Below, piece by piece: positions 10,101 to 18,732 of a stretch of DNA of 64,000 bases. This stretch comes from an uncultured Acidobacteriota bacterium. Lineage in GTDB: Bacteria; Acidobacteriota; Thermoanaerobaculia; Gp7-AA8. The stretch lies in contig CAWGHO010000003.1 of the NCBI GenBank assembly GCA_963822445.1, forward strand, positions 320,001 through 384,000. The letters are read 5' to 3'. A program made the translations under genes and the position numbers. Position 1 is the stretch's first letter; the number at the start of each line of letters is the position of its first letter. The notes under the pieces were generated by a model. That model had not been told where the DNA came from. It worked only from the letters and a program-made list of their open reading frames with translations, and made no database searches.

Positions 10101-10382
10101 TTACATCTCTGCGATGAACGTCTCCCGGTGTGCGGGTCCCGCATAGGCCTGCATCCGCCGCCGAACGCCGGACCCGCTCATTTCGACGTAGATCCTCGCC
10201 GCCTGCTCCAACCGCTCGCGCGTTTCTTCGAGTGTTCGCCCCTGCGCGGTGATGCCCGTCAACTCCTCAACGTATCCGAAGAAACCGCCGTCACTCTCGA
10301 AGTAGTTGCCGGTGAGCGTGGTGCGGATGACGAGATCGTCGTCTACCGCTGGTCGTTTTCGAGAACGAGGTCTAGCAGCCAT
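10101..10382 (-). CDS. HicB-like antitoxin domain protein
   Basis: GFFGYVEELTGITAQGRTLEETRERLEQA is the HicB N-terminal pattern. No hicA seen adjacent. Confidence 0.7.
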   Translation of the reverse strand: MAARPRSRKRPAVDDDLVIRTTLTGNYFESDGGFFGYVEELTGITAQGRTLEETRERLEQAARIYVEMSGSGVRRRMQAYAGPAHRETFIAEM

Positions 10383-10681
10383 CGGTCATCGCTCCTCGCT
10401 GGTGGTGCCACGAGCATCAGTAGGTCATCCTCTTGGCAGTCGAATAGCTCCGAGAGCCACACACGGCGGTCTAGGAGCGCGATACAGCCGTCCCGAAGCC
10501 GCAGCATCACGCTCATGGTCGGGTCCATCAGGCCGTAGCGGAGGCGGTAGATGTGCTGCCTGCTGACGCAGGAAGCTAGCTGAAGCTGCGACGCCTTCAC
10601 GTGGTGAATGTCCATGAACCGACCGAGCCGCGTCCGCAGGTGACGCGAGCGGTAGGCTTCGGGTGGTGGTTTGCGCGGCAT
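10343..10681 (-). CDS. Cro/XRE-like helix-turn-helix protein
   Basis: SQLQLASCVSRQHIYRLRYGLMDPTMSVMLRL...LSELFD resembles an XRE HTH; divergent from the 10762 HTH gene. Confidence 0.6.
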   Translation of the reverse strand: MPRKPPPEAYRSRHLRTRLGRFMDIHHVKASQLQLASCVSRQHIYRLRYGLMDPTMSVMLRLRDGCIALLDRRVWLSELFDCQEDDLLMLVAPPARSDDRWLLDLVLENDQR

Positions 10682-10710
10682 CGAACGTCACTCCGTGAGC
10701 AGAGGCGATT

Positions 10711-10753
10711 CCTAGCCATGGGAGGGTGGAGTGTATTCCGAGCCATGGCTAGG
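10711..10753. promoter_or_regulatory. inverted repeat (putative operator) between divergent HTH genes
   Basis: CCTAGCCATGG (10711-10721) and CCATGGCTAGG (10743-10753) are perfect 11-bp inverted arms. Confidence 0.5.
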
Positions 10754-10761
10754 GTGCAAGG

Positions 10762-11022
10762 ATGCCACGGCGCGCAGAGCGAAGCCCGGAAGGGAAGCAG
10801 TTCGGCGACGGTCTGCGCCGCATGCGGAAGGCTCGCGGGTGGAGTCAGGAAGTGCTCGCAGAGCGCGCCGGACTCGCGACGGATTACCTCGGCTTCGTGG
10901 AGCGCGGCGAGAACGTCCCGACGCTGACGGTGATCCTCAAGCTGGCTCGCGCGCTCGACGTGGATGCGGCGGAGCTACTCTCCGAGTTCACCAGGAGCGC
11001 GCTACGCCGGATGAAGCTGTAG
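10762..11022 (+). CDS. XRE-family transcriptional regulator
   Basis: FGDGLRRMRKARGWSQEVLAERAGL...LGFVERGENVPTLTVILKLARALDV is a canonical HTH_3. Confidence 0.9.
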   Translation: MPRRAERSPEGKQFGDGLRRMRKARGWSQEVLAERAGLATDYLGFVERGENVPTLTVILKLARALDVDAAELLSEFTRSALRRMKL

Positions 11023-11037
11023 GAGTATCATCGAGGC

Positions 11038-11190
11038 GTGAAGGCTAAGCCTGAAAAGCGCGACGTGAATCAGAACGTGAAGCGCATCTTTGACGAGATG
11101 GTCGAGCGTTCCGAGGAACCGCCCAACCGAGGGAAGCTGAAGGCCGCGCCGACTCCGGCCAAGAAGACCGGCGCGACCAAGTCGAGGTAG
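11038..11190 (+). CDS. small basic protein (50 aa), not in ORF track
   Basis: GTG..TAG encodes MKAKPEKRDVNQNVKRIFDEMVERSEEPPNRGKLKAAPTPAKKTGATKSR. TATCAT -10 lies 6 nt upstream. The RDxNQ motif recalls small proteins beside IS1-like transposases. Confidence 0.5.
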   Translation: MKAKPEKRDVNQNVKRIFDEMVERSEEPPNRGKLKAAPTPAKKTGATKSR

Positions 11191-11259
11191 GCCCGGGCTC
11201 GCCCCGGGCCGCCTGTTGTCGTGCTTACCACGGTCACCCCCTTGGTGGTGGTGGCTCGA

Positions 11260-11814
11260 TCAGTTGATGTCGTCGTCGTCATCGTCGATGCCATCGGGAT
11301 ACGTCGTCGGCATGTTCAGCTCATCGATGTCCTTATTGAAGTCGTAGTCCATCGGGTCGAGCTTCGTGCCGTAGACGTTGTTGTCGTTGTACGACCTGAA
11401 GTCCAAGTCCATCTGCATTACGTCGCGCTCGACACCACGGCGTCGAAGCTTGAAGGACGCCTCCATGTGCTCGGGTGGCGCTTGAAACAACTTCTTGTAG
11501 AGCGGGCGAAGCTTTTCACCGTCGGGTGTCTTGACCGGGATCATGACCGGATGGTTCTCGCGGACTTCACGTCCCTGGGGATCGGTGATGTACGCGTTCC
11601 GTAGATGCCGCGAGAGATCGCGGCGAAGTTGAACGACCGGGTCAAGTGGCGGCCGGTTGTAGTGTCCGTGCCTGATCGCCCATTCGGCCACCAAGTGAGG
11701 CGCGACGGTGGCCGGATCTTCGTCGGGGTGAGCCTTATGGTAAAGCTCAATCACGTACTGCAACTCGCGGGCTTTGGTGCTGCGTGGGAATGGGACAACC
11801 GGGTTAGATGCCAT
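11260..11814 (-). CDS. hypothetical protein co-transcribed with HigA-ImmA (candidate toxin or partner)
   Basis: SD GGAG, 8 bp after the upstream stop; motifs VAEWAI, YITDPQGREVRENH, HMEASF..RR, SYNDNN; acidic tail. Confidence 0.75.
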   Translation of the reverse strand: MASNPVVPFPRSTKARELQYVIELYHKAHPDEDPATVAPHLVAEWAIRHGHYNRPPLDPVVQLRRDLSRHLRNAYITDPQGREVRENHPVMIPVKTPDGEKLRPLYKKLFQAPPEHMEASFKLRRRGVERDVMQMDLDFRSYNDNNVYGTKLDPMDYDFNKDIDELNMPTTYPDGIDDDDDDIN

Positions 11815-11822
11815 GAGTCTCC

Positions 11823-12971
11823 CTAGACGAGTGTGGGGCTGATCGTGTGTCCCCAGCCGTCAGTCAAAGCGGTCCCGGTGATGATCGCCCTGACCTTCAC
11901 CAATAGATCGCGGTAAGCTCTGTAACCGACCTCGCCCCGATGCTGAAGTTGCCCAACGATCACTCCGGGATGGATCTTCATTCGGTGCGCAAACTGGATA
12001 ATTCGGTCCGTGGAGTAAAGCGGCGCAATCCGCCTGACAAACGAAGTCATTTCGTCCGCCGGTACGAGGGAGTTGGCCGCCGCCAAGTTCGCCTTCTGCT
12101 CGGCATCATCGTCGGTCAGAAGTACGCTGATCTTTCCGTCCTTCTCGCTAAGCAGGTTTGAATCGAACGACGCAGCATCGCCGTGTTCGATGTGCTTGAA
12201 CTCATGCATCAAAGTGAACCAGAACGCGTCGAGCCGGTCGTGCCGCAGCGACACGGCGATCACAGGGCTGTGGTCATCCATCCAGAAAGCAGCTCCATCT
12301 AACTTGGCACCCGGGAGCGGTTCAATGACCATGAATCGAATGCCGTGTTCCGACAGGATGCGCGGCACCTTCCTAATCTCTTTAGGAAATGCTGCGGCTG
12401 CTCGCAACTCACGTTCGGCCGATGCCAATCGTCGCGTAGAGAAAGCCGCTTGAACCGGGACCGCTGCGGCGAGTTGTCGCGCCCTGAAGCACCACGCGCG
12501 TTCTGCGCTGTTCAAGTCAGTCAGCTCGACCGTCCGGCGGGCAGCAACAGGGAACACCATATCCTCGGTCAGTGACGCTCCGAAGAACCTCGTAAGTGAC
12601 CGCTCCAGTTCCTCAGTTTCATCAGCCTCGGTTATCCACGCGCGGCGCTGCATGTCGCGGATGGGGGCAAGGCTAAAAATCCGGGCCCGGCGCTCGATCT
12701 CCGACGGGTCCGTTTCAGAGACCGCCAGTTCGTATTGCGCATTCCACCGTAGCCACTCAGCTGGATCGTTCTCGAAAGCGGCACCGAGGGCTATCGCCAT
12801 CTGCGAAGTGATGCTACGTTTGCCGGCGACGATGTAGTTGATCGTCTGACGACTCCAACCCGTGATTGCTGAGAGGTCATCCTGTGTCCATCCCTTGGCT
12901 GCCATCAACTCGTGCAGGAACTTTCCGGGATGCTTCGGCGGGCGAGGTTCAATAGTTTGATCGGCGCTCAC
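11823..12971 (-). CDS. HigA-like HTH fused to ImmA/IrrE (DUF955) zinc metallopeptidase
   Basis: HPGKFLHELM..KGWTQDDLS...KRSITSQMAIAL (HigA HTH) and LRHDRLDAFWFTLMHEFKH (HExxH)...EQKAN. Start placed at GTG 12971, just after a TTGACA-N17-GATACT promoter. Confidence 0.85.
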   Translation of the reverse strand: MSADQTIEPRPPKHPGKFLHELMAAKGWTQDDLSAITGWSRQTINYIVAGKRSITSQMAIALGAAFENDPAEWLRWNAQYELAVSETDPSEIERRARIFSLAPIRDMQRRAWITEADETEELERSLTRFFGASLTEDMVFPVAARRTVELTDLNSAERAWCFRARQLAAAVPVQAAFSTRRLASAERELRAAAAFPKEIRKVPRILSEHGIRFMVIEPLPGAKLDGAAFWMDDHSPVIAVSLRHDRLDAFWFTLMHEFKHIEHGDAASFDSNLLSEKDGKISVLLTDDDAEQKANLAAANSLVPADEMTSFVRRIAPLYSTDRIIQFAHRMKIHPGVIVGQLQHRGEVGYRAYRDLLVKVRAIITGTALTDGWGHTISPTLV

Positions 12972-12978
12972 GAACGAC

Positions 12979-13056
12979 AGTATCGAGGCTAAATGTCCCG
13001 ATGTCAACAGCGAGTTGACATTTGTACTTGACGGCGAGCGGAACCGGACCCATATT
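12979..13056. promoter_or_regulatory. back-to-back sigma70 promoters with palindromic operator
   Basis: Minus strand: TTGACA (13007-13002)-N17-GATACT (12984-12979). Plus strand: TTGACG (13028-13033)-N17-CATATT (13051-13056). Palindrome ATGTCAAC-N5-GTTGACAT at 13001-13021. Confidence 0.65.
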
Positions 13057-13062
13057 GAGGGT

Positions 13063-13938
13063 GTGAACAAGCTGTCTGCCGAACGTCGCGCCGCCGTCCT
13101 GTCCTGTCTCGTGGATGGGAACTCCATCCGGGCCACCACCCGCATCACGGGCGTTGCGAAGGGAACAATCCTCCGGCTGTTGGAACAGGCCGGAGCCGTC
13201 TGCGCGGCCTATCAGGATCAGGTGCTTCGCAACCTGCCGTGCCGTCGCGTGCAGGCTGACGAAATTTGGTCCTTCGTCCTCGGGAAGGACCGGAACCTGT
13301 CCGCTGAAGTCCGTAACCATGCGCCCTCGCAGGTCGGCAGCACTTGGACGTGGACGGCCCTATGCGCCGAGACGAAATTGATGATCTCGTGGTACGTCGG
13401 CTCGCGCGACGACTACAGCGCGCGGGAGTTTGTGCGCGATCTGGAATCGCGACTTCCTCGCCGGATTCAGCTCACGACGGATGGCCTTCGCCTATACATC
13501 AACGCCGTCTCGGAGTCGTTCGGCGATGACATCGATTACGCAATGCTGACAAAACTGTATGGCCCGAGCGGTAACGACAAGTCGCCCGAAGTGCGCTATT
13601 CACCGGGCCGCATCAAAGGCATTGACCTGCGCGAGATCAGCGGCGCGCCCGATCAGCGTTTCATCAACACGAGCTACGTGGAGCGCGCGAACCTGACGCA
13701 TCGCATGGGCATGCGCCGGTTCACTCGGTTAACCAACGGGTTCTCTAAGAAGTTTGAGAATCACTGCCACGCCGTTAGCCTGCACATGATGTATTACAAC
13801 TTCATCCGCGTGCATCAGACCATTCGCCGCACTCCGGCGATGGCGGCTGGAATCACGGATCGCCAGTGGTCAATGCTCAACGTGGTCGAGCTGATCGAGT
13901 CTCGGGAGTGTGAAGCGGCGGCCTATGTACAGGCGTAA
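13063..13938 (+). CDS. IS1-family DDE transposase (single ORF, HTH, no N-terminal zinc ribbon)
   Basis: MNKLSAERRAAVLSCLVDGNSIRATTRITGV HTH; catalytic motifs VQADEIWSFV, LTTDG, TSYVERANLTHRMGMRRFTRLTNGFSKK; YYNF.R.H...TPAMAAG. Confidence 0.92.
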   Translation: MNKLSAERRAAVLSCLVDGNSIRATTRITGVAKGTILRLLEQAGAVCAAYQDQVLRNLPCRRVQADEIWSFVLGKDRNLSAEVRNHAPSQVGSTWTWTALCAETKLMISWYVGSRDDYSAREFVRDLESRLPRRIQLTTDGLRLYINAVSESFGDDIDYAMLTKLYGPSGNDKSPEVRYSPGRIKGIDLREISGAPDQRFINTSYVERANLTHRMGMRRFTRLTNGFSKKFENHCHAVSLHMMYYNFIRVHQTIRRTPAMAAGITDRQWSMLNVVELIESRECEAAAYVQA

Positions 13939-13963
13939 GGTTCGTTGTCACGGGAGGCAAGTC

Positions 13964-14203
13964 ATGATGGTGGTACACGGTACGTTGGGTCCCTTCGGAG
14001 AAATCGTGAAGGAATATGGTGATGCTCTTCTAACGGGCGAAAGCGCGGACCTGCTGATATCCGAAGAGAACGGTGTCGTCATGGTTCTCCCGGCAGTAAC
14101 GAATCGAGCAGGGAATGCCTGCACGTTTAGGGGAGACGAGTCTAGACGCGAAATTCACGAGCGGCTGCAGGCTTTCATCGGCGAAGCAAAACAGGATGCT
14201 TAG
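13964..14203 (+). CDS. hypothetical passenger protein
   Basis: SD GGAGG before ATG 13964; ends just inside the right TIR. Confidence 0.4.
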   Translation: MMVVHGTLGPFGEIVKEYGDALLTGESADLLISEENGVVMVLPAVTNRAGNACTFRGDESRREIHERLQAFIGEAKQDA

Positions 14204-14229
14204 ATGTAACATCAAACTGACCCACTACC

Positions 14230-15061
14230 TTTTGATCCGGCCGCGGGGCGCCGCCGCGCGTTGTTCGTCTTGATGGCGGCGGCGTGATCGCCGACGTAAC
14301 ACGCCGCGGCCGCGTATTCGACGGGCATCAGGTAGTTGTAAAGACTCTGCTCGATGAACAGGCGATTGCCGGTCGGTCGCGGAACCGCCATCGCCCGCGA
14401 CAGAAAGAGATGCGAGATCGCGAATTGCCGCTCCGTCTGGTAGTGCATCGCGATGCGGAAGAGCGGTACGGCATGATCCGGACAGTACGGCCACGCCGTC
14501 AGATACGCCTGCAGCACCTCCGGCCATGGCCGCCCGATCCGCTCCCCGAGCTGCGCGATCTGGAGGTTTCCGGGTCGCGGGCGCGCGCGCCGTCATTACA
14601 CGGAATAGTGCGAATGCCCGGAAGCAAGGCCTCGGACGTCGCGGCGGGGCAGTGGATGTGCTCGTGCAGCACTCCAATTACTTCCAGGGGTGCGCGTCGC
14701 GCACGAGCTGCCTGCGCAGATACGAATAGTTGCCGTAGAGCACTTCGACGTTGTACGAGTCGGAAGTCAGATGCGGCAGCGCCAACCCGTCCATGGCAAG
14801 AGGTAGCCGGCGCGCCCCCGCGCCAGAGCGAGCGCCTCGCTGCGGTTGTGTGCGAAGTCGACCGATGGCCGCTCGACGAGCTCGCCCGGGACATCGTGCA
14901 GAAATCGCCGGATCACTTCCTGCGTGCCGTCGGTCGAGCCGGTGTCGACGATGAGCCACGCATTGATCAGCGGCTGCGCGGATCCCAGACAGCGCCGGAT
15001 CACGTGCGCCTCGCTCTTGACGTTCATTCACCAGACAGATCGACTGGCCCTGATCGTTCAC
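14230..15061 (-). pseudogene. 5' part of decayed GT2-TPR glycosyltransferase
   Basis: Fragments in several frames: SICLV / MNVKSEAHVIRRCL...IVDTGSTDGT...DFAHNRSEAL, then GVLHEHI, then TPR-like LQAYLTAW...PLFRIAMHY...RLFIEQSLY. Multiple frameshifts and deletions. Confidence 0.75.
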
Positions 15062-15097
15062 GGGAAGGAAGTTGGTACCCCGGTCGGCTCGACCGGT

Positions 15098-15138
15098 TGG
15101 TGCGCATACGGGATTCGAACCCGTGTTACCGCCGTGAG
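15098..15138 (-). repeat. att site: 3' fragment of tRNA-Glu (distal copy, 1-nt deletion)
   Basis: TGGT-GCGCATACGGGATTCGAACCCGTGTTACCGCCGTGAG matches 31338-31379 except for one missing A. Confidence 0.9.
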
Positions 15139-15533
15139 CTGGCTAATCTGACGAAGCTATATCTATCTGATTTCACGAGTTTAACGCGAATTGTGGTTTC
15201 GAGGTGTCCACGGAAACATGCTGGTTTTGGGCGTGTCCGTGGGCAAGTATGCGAGTGGTTTTGCGAGTGGCAGACCGCCGGCCTGGACTCGCCGTCGCGC
15301 GGCAATAGCACCGTTCGTGTTCTGGATCTTCCCTTGGTTTCGGCTACGTCGAGGTAGGGAAAGGGACCGCTCCGTCACTCCAAGGGAAGGGACACTCAGC
15401 AAACGTCGCCGCGGAACGGGCACGCTGCCGCCTCGAATCGAACGCGGCCGTGCTGTTCGTCTACGACATTGAAGTCGAAAGGAGTACCTTTACCTATCCA
15501 GCCTAGGGAACGGTCGTTCATGAGGAACTCGCG

Positions 15534-18230
15534 ATGAGGTTACGACAGCACGCCCAAGAGATCTTCGATGCTTCCAAGCGTGCCCGGCGCGCACATGCCG
15601 GCATCAAGGTCGCTGGAACGCGACTCATCGTGTGCATTACCGTTCTGCTATTGCTCCGGTTCTTGGCGTTCACGCCGAATCATGAGCAGGTGTCGGGCAT
15701 CCTGGCTACCTATGCACTCGTGGTCATTTTTCTCGTGGTGGCCTTTGAGGAAGTCATTGACCAGCGGCGATTCCGGCTCGTCGCGACCGTCTTGGACGTT
15801 TTCGCTATCTCACTTGTGATCAAGCTGACAGGCGGTCTCGAAACGTCATGGTTCCTCCTGTACGTGTTCCCGATCATGTCTGTCGCGCGTTACCTCGGTG
15901 TCGGCTGGAGCGTCGTCGTCGCGCTCGTCGCCGCAGCGGCATATGGGGGAGCCTCGCTTCCACTGTATTCGTCCACGGAGATCGGTACGTTCTCCCTGCG
16001 CTCGGTCATGCTAGTGATGGTCGCCTTCACGGCTGCCAGACTCGCCCGGACGCGATATCGCGAGGAAGCGACCTTTGCGGAAATGTTGCAGGATGCCGGC
16101 CAGCCAATTGTGACCGATATCGAGTTCGATCGCGCTCTGGCGCGGCTTCTCCAACTCGCGATCCGAGTTACAAAGTCCGGTTTCAGCGGTGTTGTGCTGC
16201 TGGACACTGGTCATCCAAAGATTCACGCCGAAGGACGGCTCAACTTTCGCCAGAACCATCTCGAGGAGGTCAAGAAACTGTTGGCCGCTCACTATCAGAA
16301 GGCAATCGAAACGAGACGCGCCGTTTCTCTGGCAAAGAGCGGGATCGGGGCATTGTTCAGCGGCTTGCGGTCGGAAAGGACGACGGGATGGACGGGGAGG
16401 CTCGTGCCACTGTCAATCGGCGGCCCTCCTTTTGCGGTCCTCGGCGTCTTCTCGCGGCGCACGATCCACTATCGGCCCGACGACATCCTGAAACTGAGTC
16501 GCATGGCCTCGGCCATGGCCATTCTCATGCAGAACGCGGCAGTGTCGCGGCCTCTCGATGCTAGGGCCGCGGCAATCCAGCGGCTGCGAGAGGAAAACGA
16601 GGCCCGGCTCCGCATGCTGTACGAGATCGGCGACATCTTGAAGGAGGAGGTCGGTCTGAGCGACGTCTTCAGGAGAATCGTAAAGATCGTTTCGGAACGA
16701 CTGCAATCCGAGGAAGCCTCGCTGTTCTTGTGGGACGAGCATGAAGAGCAGCTATTCAAGAAATCCGTGGCCGGTCCCGATGAGGTGACGACCAGAAAGC
16801 TCTCCGCCATCGAGGTGTCATATGCGAGCGGCGAAAGTCTCACGGGAGAGGTTTTTGCGACGCGTCGCGAGAAATTGATCGACAAGGTTCTTGCGAACGT
16901 CAGTCATGTCGAGGACTACGCGATCGCGTTGCCGTCGCGCTGCATCAAGCACTATCTCGCCGTGCCTCTCGTCATCGGCAACGAAATTCTCGGTGTGATT
17001 CGCGTTCTCAACCGGAAATCGGCGACGTACGCGCCTGAGCCGGAGGCGGCGACGATCCCGGACGACGGATTCGACGAGGCGGATCTCCATCTTCTGAGGA
17101 TGACTGCGCGCCTGATCGCGGTCGCGATCAGGAGTGCGGGATTCGTCGAGCAGAAGCGTTACTTCGAGAATCTCGTCTATCAGTCGCCCGATCCGATCAT
17201 CGTTCTCGACGAGAACAAGAAGATCAAGAACTTCAATCGAGCGTGCACTGCTCTCTGGAATGTGGAAGAGAAAGAGGTCCGCGGGCAGTCGGCCGAACAA
17301 TTCTACAAATCGCCGGATCACGCCCGGCAGATCGGAAAGGCCCTCGGAAAAGCCAAAGATCACATGATTCGCGACTACAAGACATGGATTCGAGACCCGA
17401 GCGGAAAGATCGTTCCGATTCGGTTGTCCGCGACCGAGTTTCGCTCGAAGAGCGGTCGATTCACAGGCAGCGTCGGCATATTCAACGATGCACGGGGCGA
17501 GCACGAGGACAGGCTAAAGGCGCTCGCGAATCTGTCGCGGGACGCAAGCCACGACATCAAGAACGACGTCCGGGCGATTACCTACTATTTCGAGGACCTC
17601 GAACGGCTGTCGCGGACTTCCGCCGAACTGCTCCCGATCTATCAGGCAATTCGCGCGGCGGCGGAGGCGGCGCTGAGCAAACTGCAAAGTCTACTCATGA
17701 CGGCGGCCCCCCCTCCCGCGCGAGCTGCCTTGATCCCGATCGTGGCCGAACTGGCCGAGTGGCTAGCGTCCATGCAGGAGAGGATGGAGGCGGCGAACAT
17801 CCTATTGACGTTCACGCGGCCGGATGACGATGCAATTGTGAGCGCCGACAGGGAACAGTTGAGACACGTGCTGTCCAATCTGCTCGGCAATTCCGTGGAC
17901 GCGATCCTGGAAGCCAAACGGGAACTGGACAATCGCCGGATCCACGTCACGATCGAGCTCGCCGATGAGCAGGCCATTCTGCAATGGCGTGACAACGGTA
18001 TCGGGATGCCGGAAGGAGCGGCTCGAGACGCATTCACGGCATTTTATACTACTAAAGAAAATGGTAATGGGCTTGGACTCTCGATCAGCAGGAATATCGT
18101 GAAGAGTCACGGCGGCGACATTGGCATCGAGTCGACGACCGGCAAGGGAACCTGCATCACCATCACCCTTCCGTTGATCGTCGCTTCCACGTCTCTGGCC
18201 TCCACCGCAACAGGCAATGCCCATGTTTGA
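15534..18230 (+). CDS. membrane sensor histidine kinase (multi-TM, GAF, GAF, PAS, HisKA, HATPase)
   Basis: About six TM helices (LDVFAISLVIKLTGG...FLLYVFPI); GAFs (LVPLSIGG; HYLAVPLVIGNEILGVIRVLNRK); PAS (SPDPIIVLD...FNRA); H-box ASHDIKN, N-box NLLGNSVDA, DNGIGM, FYTTK, GNGLGL. Confidence 0.9.
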   Translation: MRLRQHAQEIFDASKRARRAHAGIKVAGTRLIVCITVLLLLRFLAFTPNHEQVSGILATYALVVIFLVVAFEEVIDQRRFRLVATVLDVFAISLVIKLTGGLETSWFLLYVFPIMSVARYLGVGWSVVVALVAAAAYGGASLPLYSSTEIGTFSLRSVMLVMVAFTAARLARTRYREEATFAEMLQDAGQPIVTDIEFDRALARLLQLAIRVTKSGFSGVVLLDTGHPKIHAEGRLNFRQNHLEEVKKLLAAHYQKAIETRRAVSLAKSGIGALFSGLRSERTTGWTGRLVPLSIGGPPFAVLGVFSRRTIHYRPDDILKLSRMASAMAILMQNAAVSRPLDARAAAIQRLREENEARLRMLYEIGDILKEEVGLSDVFRRIVKIVSERLQSEEASLFLWDEHEEQLFKKSVAGPDEVTTRKLSAIEVSYASGESLTGEVFATRREKLIDKVLANVSHVEDYAIALPSRCIKHYLAVPLVIGNEILGVIRVLNRKSATYAPEPEAATIPDDGFDEADLHLLRMTARLIAVAIRSAGFVEQKRYFENLVYQSPDPIIVLDENKKIKNFNRACTALWNVEEKEVRGQSAEQFYKSPDHARQIGKALGKAKDHMIRDYKTWIRDPSGKIVPIRLSATEFRSKSGRFTGSVGIFNDARGEHEDRLKALANLSRDASHDIKNDVRAITYYFEDLERLSRTSAELLPIYQAIRAAAEAALSKLQSLLMTAAPPPARAALIPIVAELAEWLASMQERMEAANILLTFTRPDDDAIVSADREQLRHVLSNLLGNSVDAILEAKRELDNRRIHVTIELADEQAILQWRDNGIGMPEGAARDAFTAFYTTKENGNGLGLSISRNIVKSHGGDIGIESTTGKGTCITITLPLIVASTSLASTATGNAHV

Positions 18231-18732
18231 GGAGATGCCTATGATCACACAGTCTTTGTTGGCTGGATCGGTTTCGCCGACGATTCACGCATGGCTTGGT
18301 AAGGGAGAGCCGGTCTCGCTCGCGGATGCGGCTGCCGGACACGAAGCGGTATTGCGAAAAATCAGAGAGCTAGCGCTCAAGGTACTCGTAGTGGACGACG
18401 ATCGTACTGTTCGGCAGGCATTATGCCACCGGCTCGAGAACGACTACGGCGCAGAGGTGGTTGACGTCCCCTCCGGCGATGCTGCGCTGCATGCCGATCT
18501 CGCTCAGTACGACGTCCTGCTCGTGGATGTGGTGATGCCAGGAATGAGCGGCGTCGTCACATGCGAGAAGATGATCGAGCTTCGGATCAAGGGAGTAATC
18601 GTGTTAATGTCGACCAACTCGGAAAACCAGGATGCGGCGACTGCGCACGATGTCGCCTTCTATGACAAGAACGATTCGGTCACGGCGCTTGAGCCGATCC
18701 TACTCGGTGTGGCAGGGCGCCGGGCTTCATGA
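18217..18732 (+). CDS. stand-alone response regulator receiver protein
   Basis: KVLVVDDD...DVLLVDVVMPGMSG...LMS...YDK; no output domain. Start is uncertain. Confidence 0.8.
   Translation: MPMFEEMPMITQSLLAGSVSPTIHAWLGKGEPVSLADAAAGHEAVLRKIRELALKVLVVDDDRTVRQALCHRLENDYGAEVVDVPSGDAALHADLAQYDVLLVDVVMPGMSGVVTCEKMIELRIKGVIVLMSTNSENQDAATAHDVAFYDKNDSVTALEPILLGVAGRRAS

Larger units (their letters stand above)
10064..14229. mobile_element. IS1-family (ISMhu11-like) transposon with passenger genes, 4166 bp
   Basis: Left TIR GGTAGTGGGTCAATTTGATAGTTA (from 10064); right TIR reverse complement GGTAGTGGGTCAGTTTGATGTTA (ending 14229). Perfect 8-bp direct repeat TTTTGATC at 10056-10063 and 14230-14237. Contains an IS1-type transposase. 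Confidence 0.93.

Noticed and set aside
11823-13148. 441-aa version of HigA-ImmA overlapping the transposase
   Set aside because: The N-terminal extension runs through both promoters; homology begins near GTG 12971.
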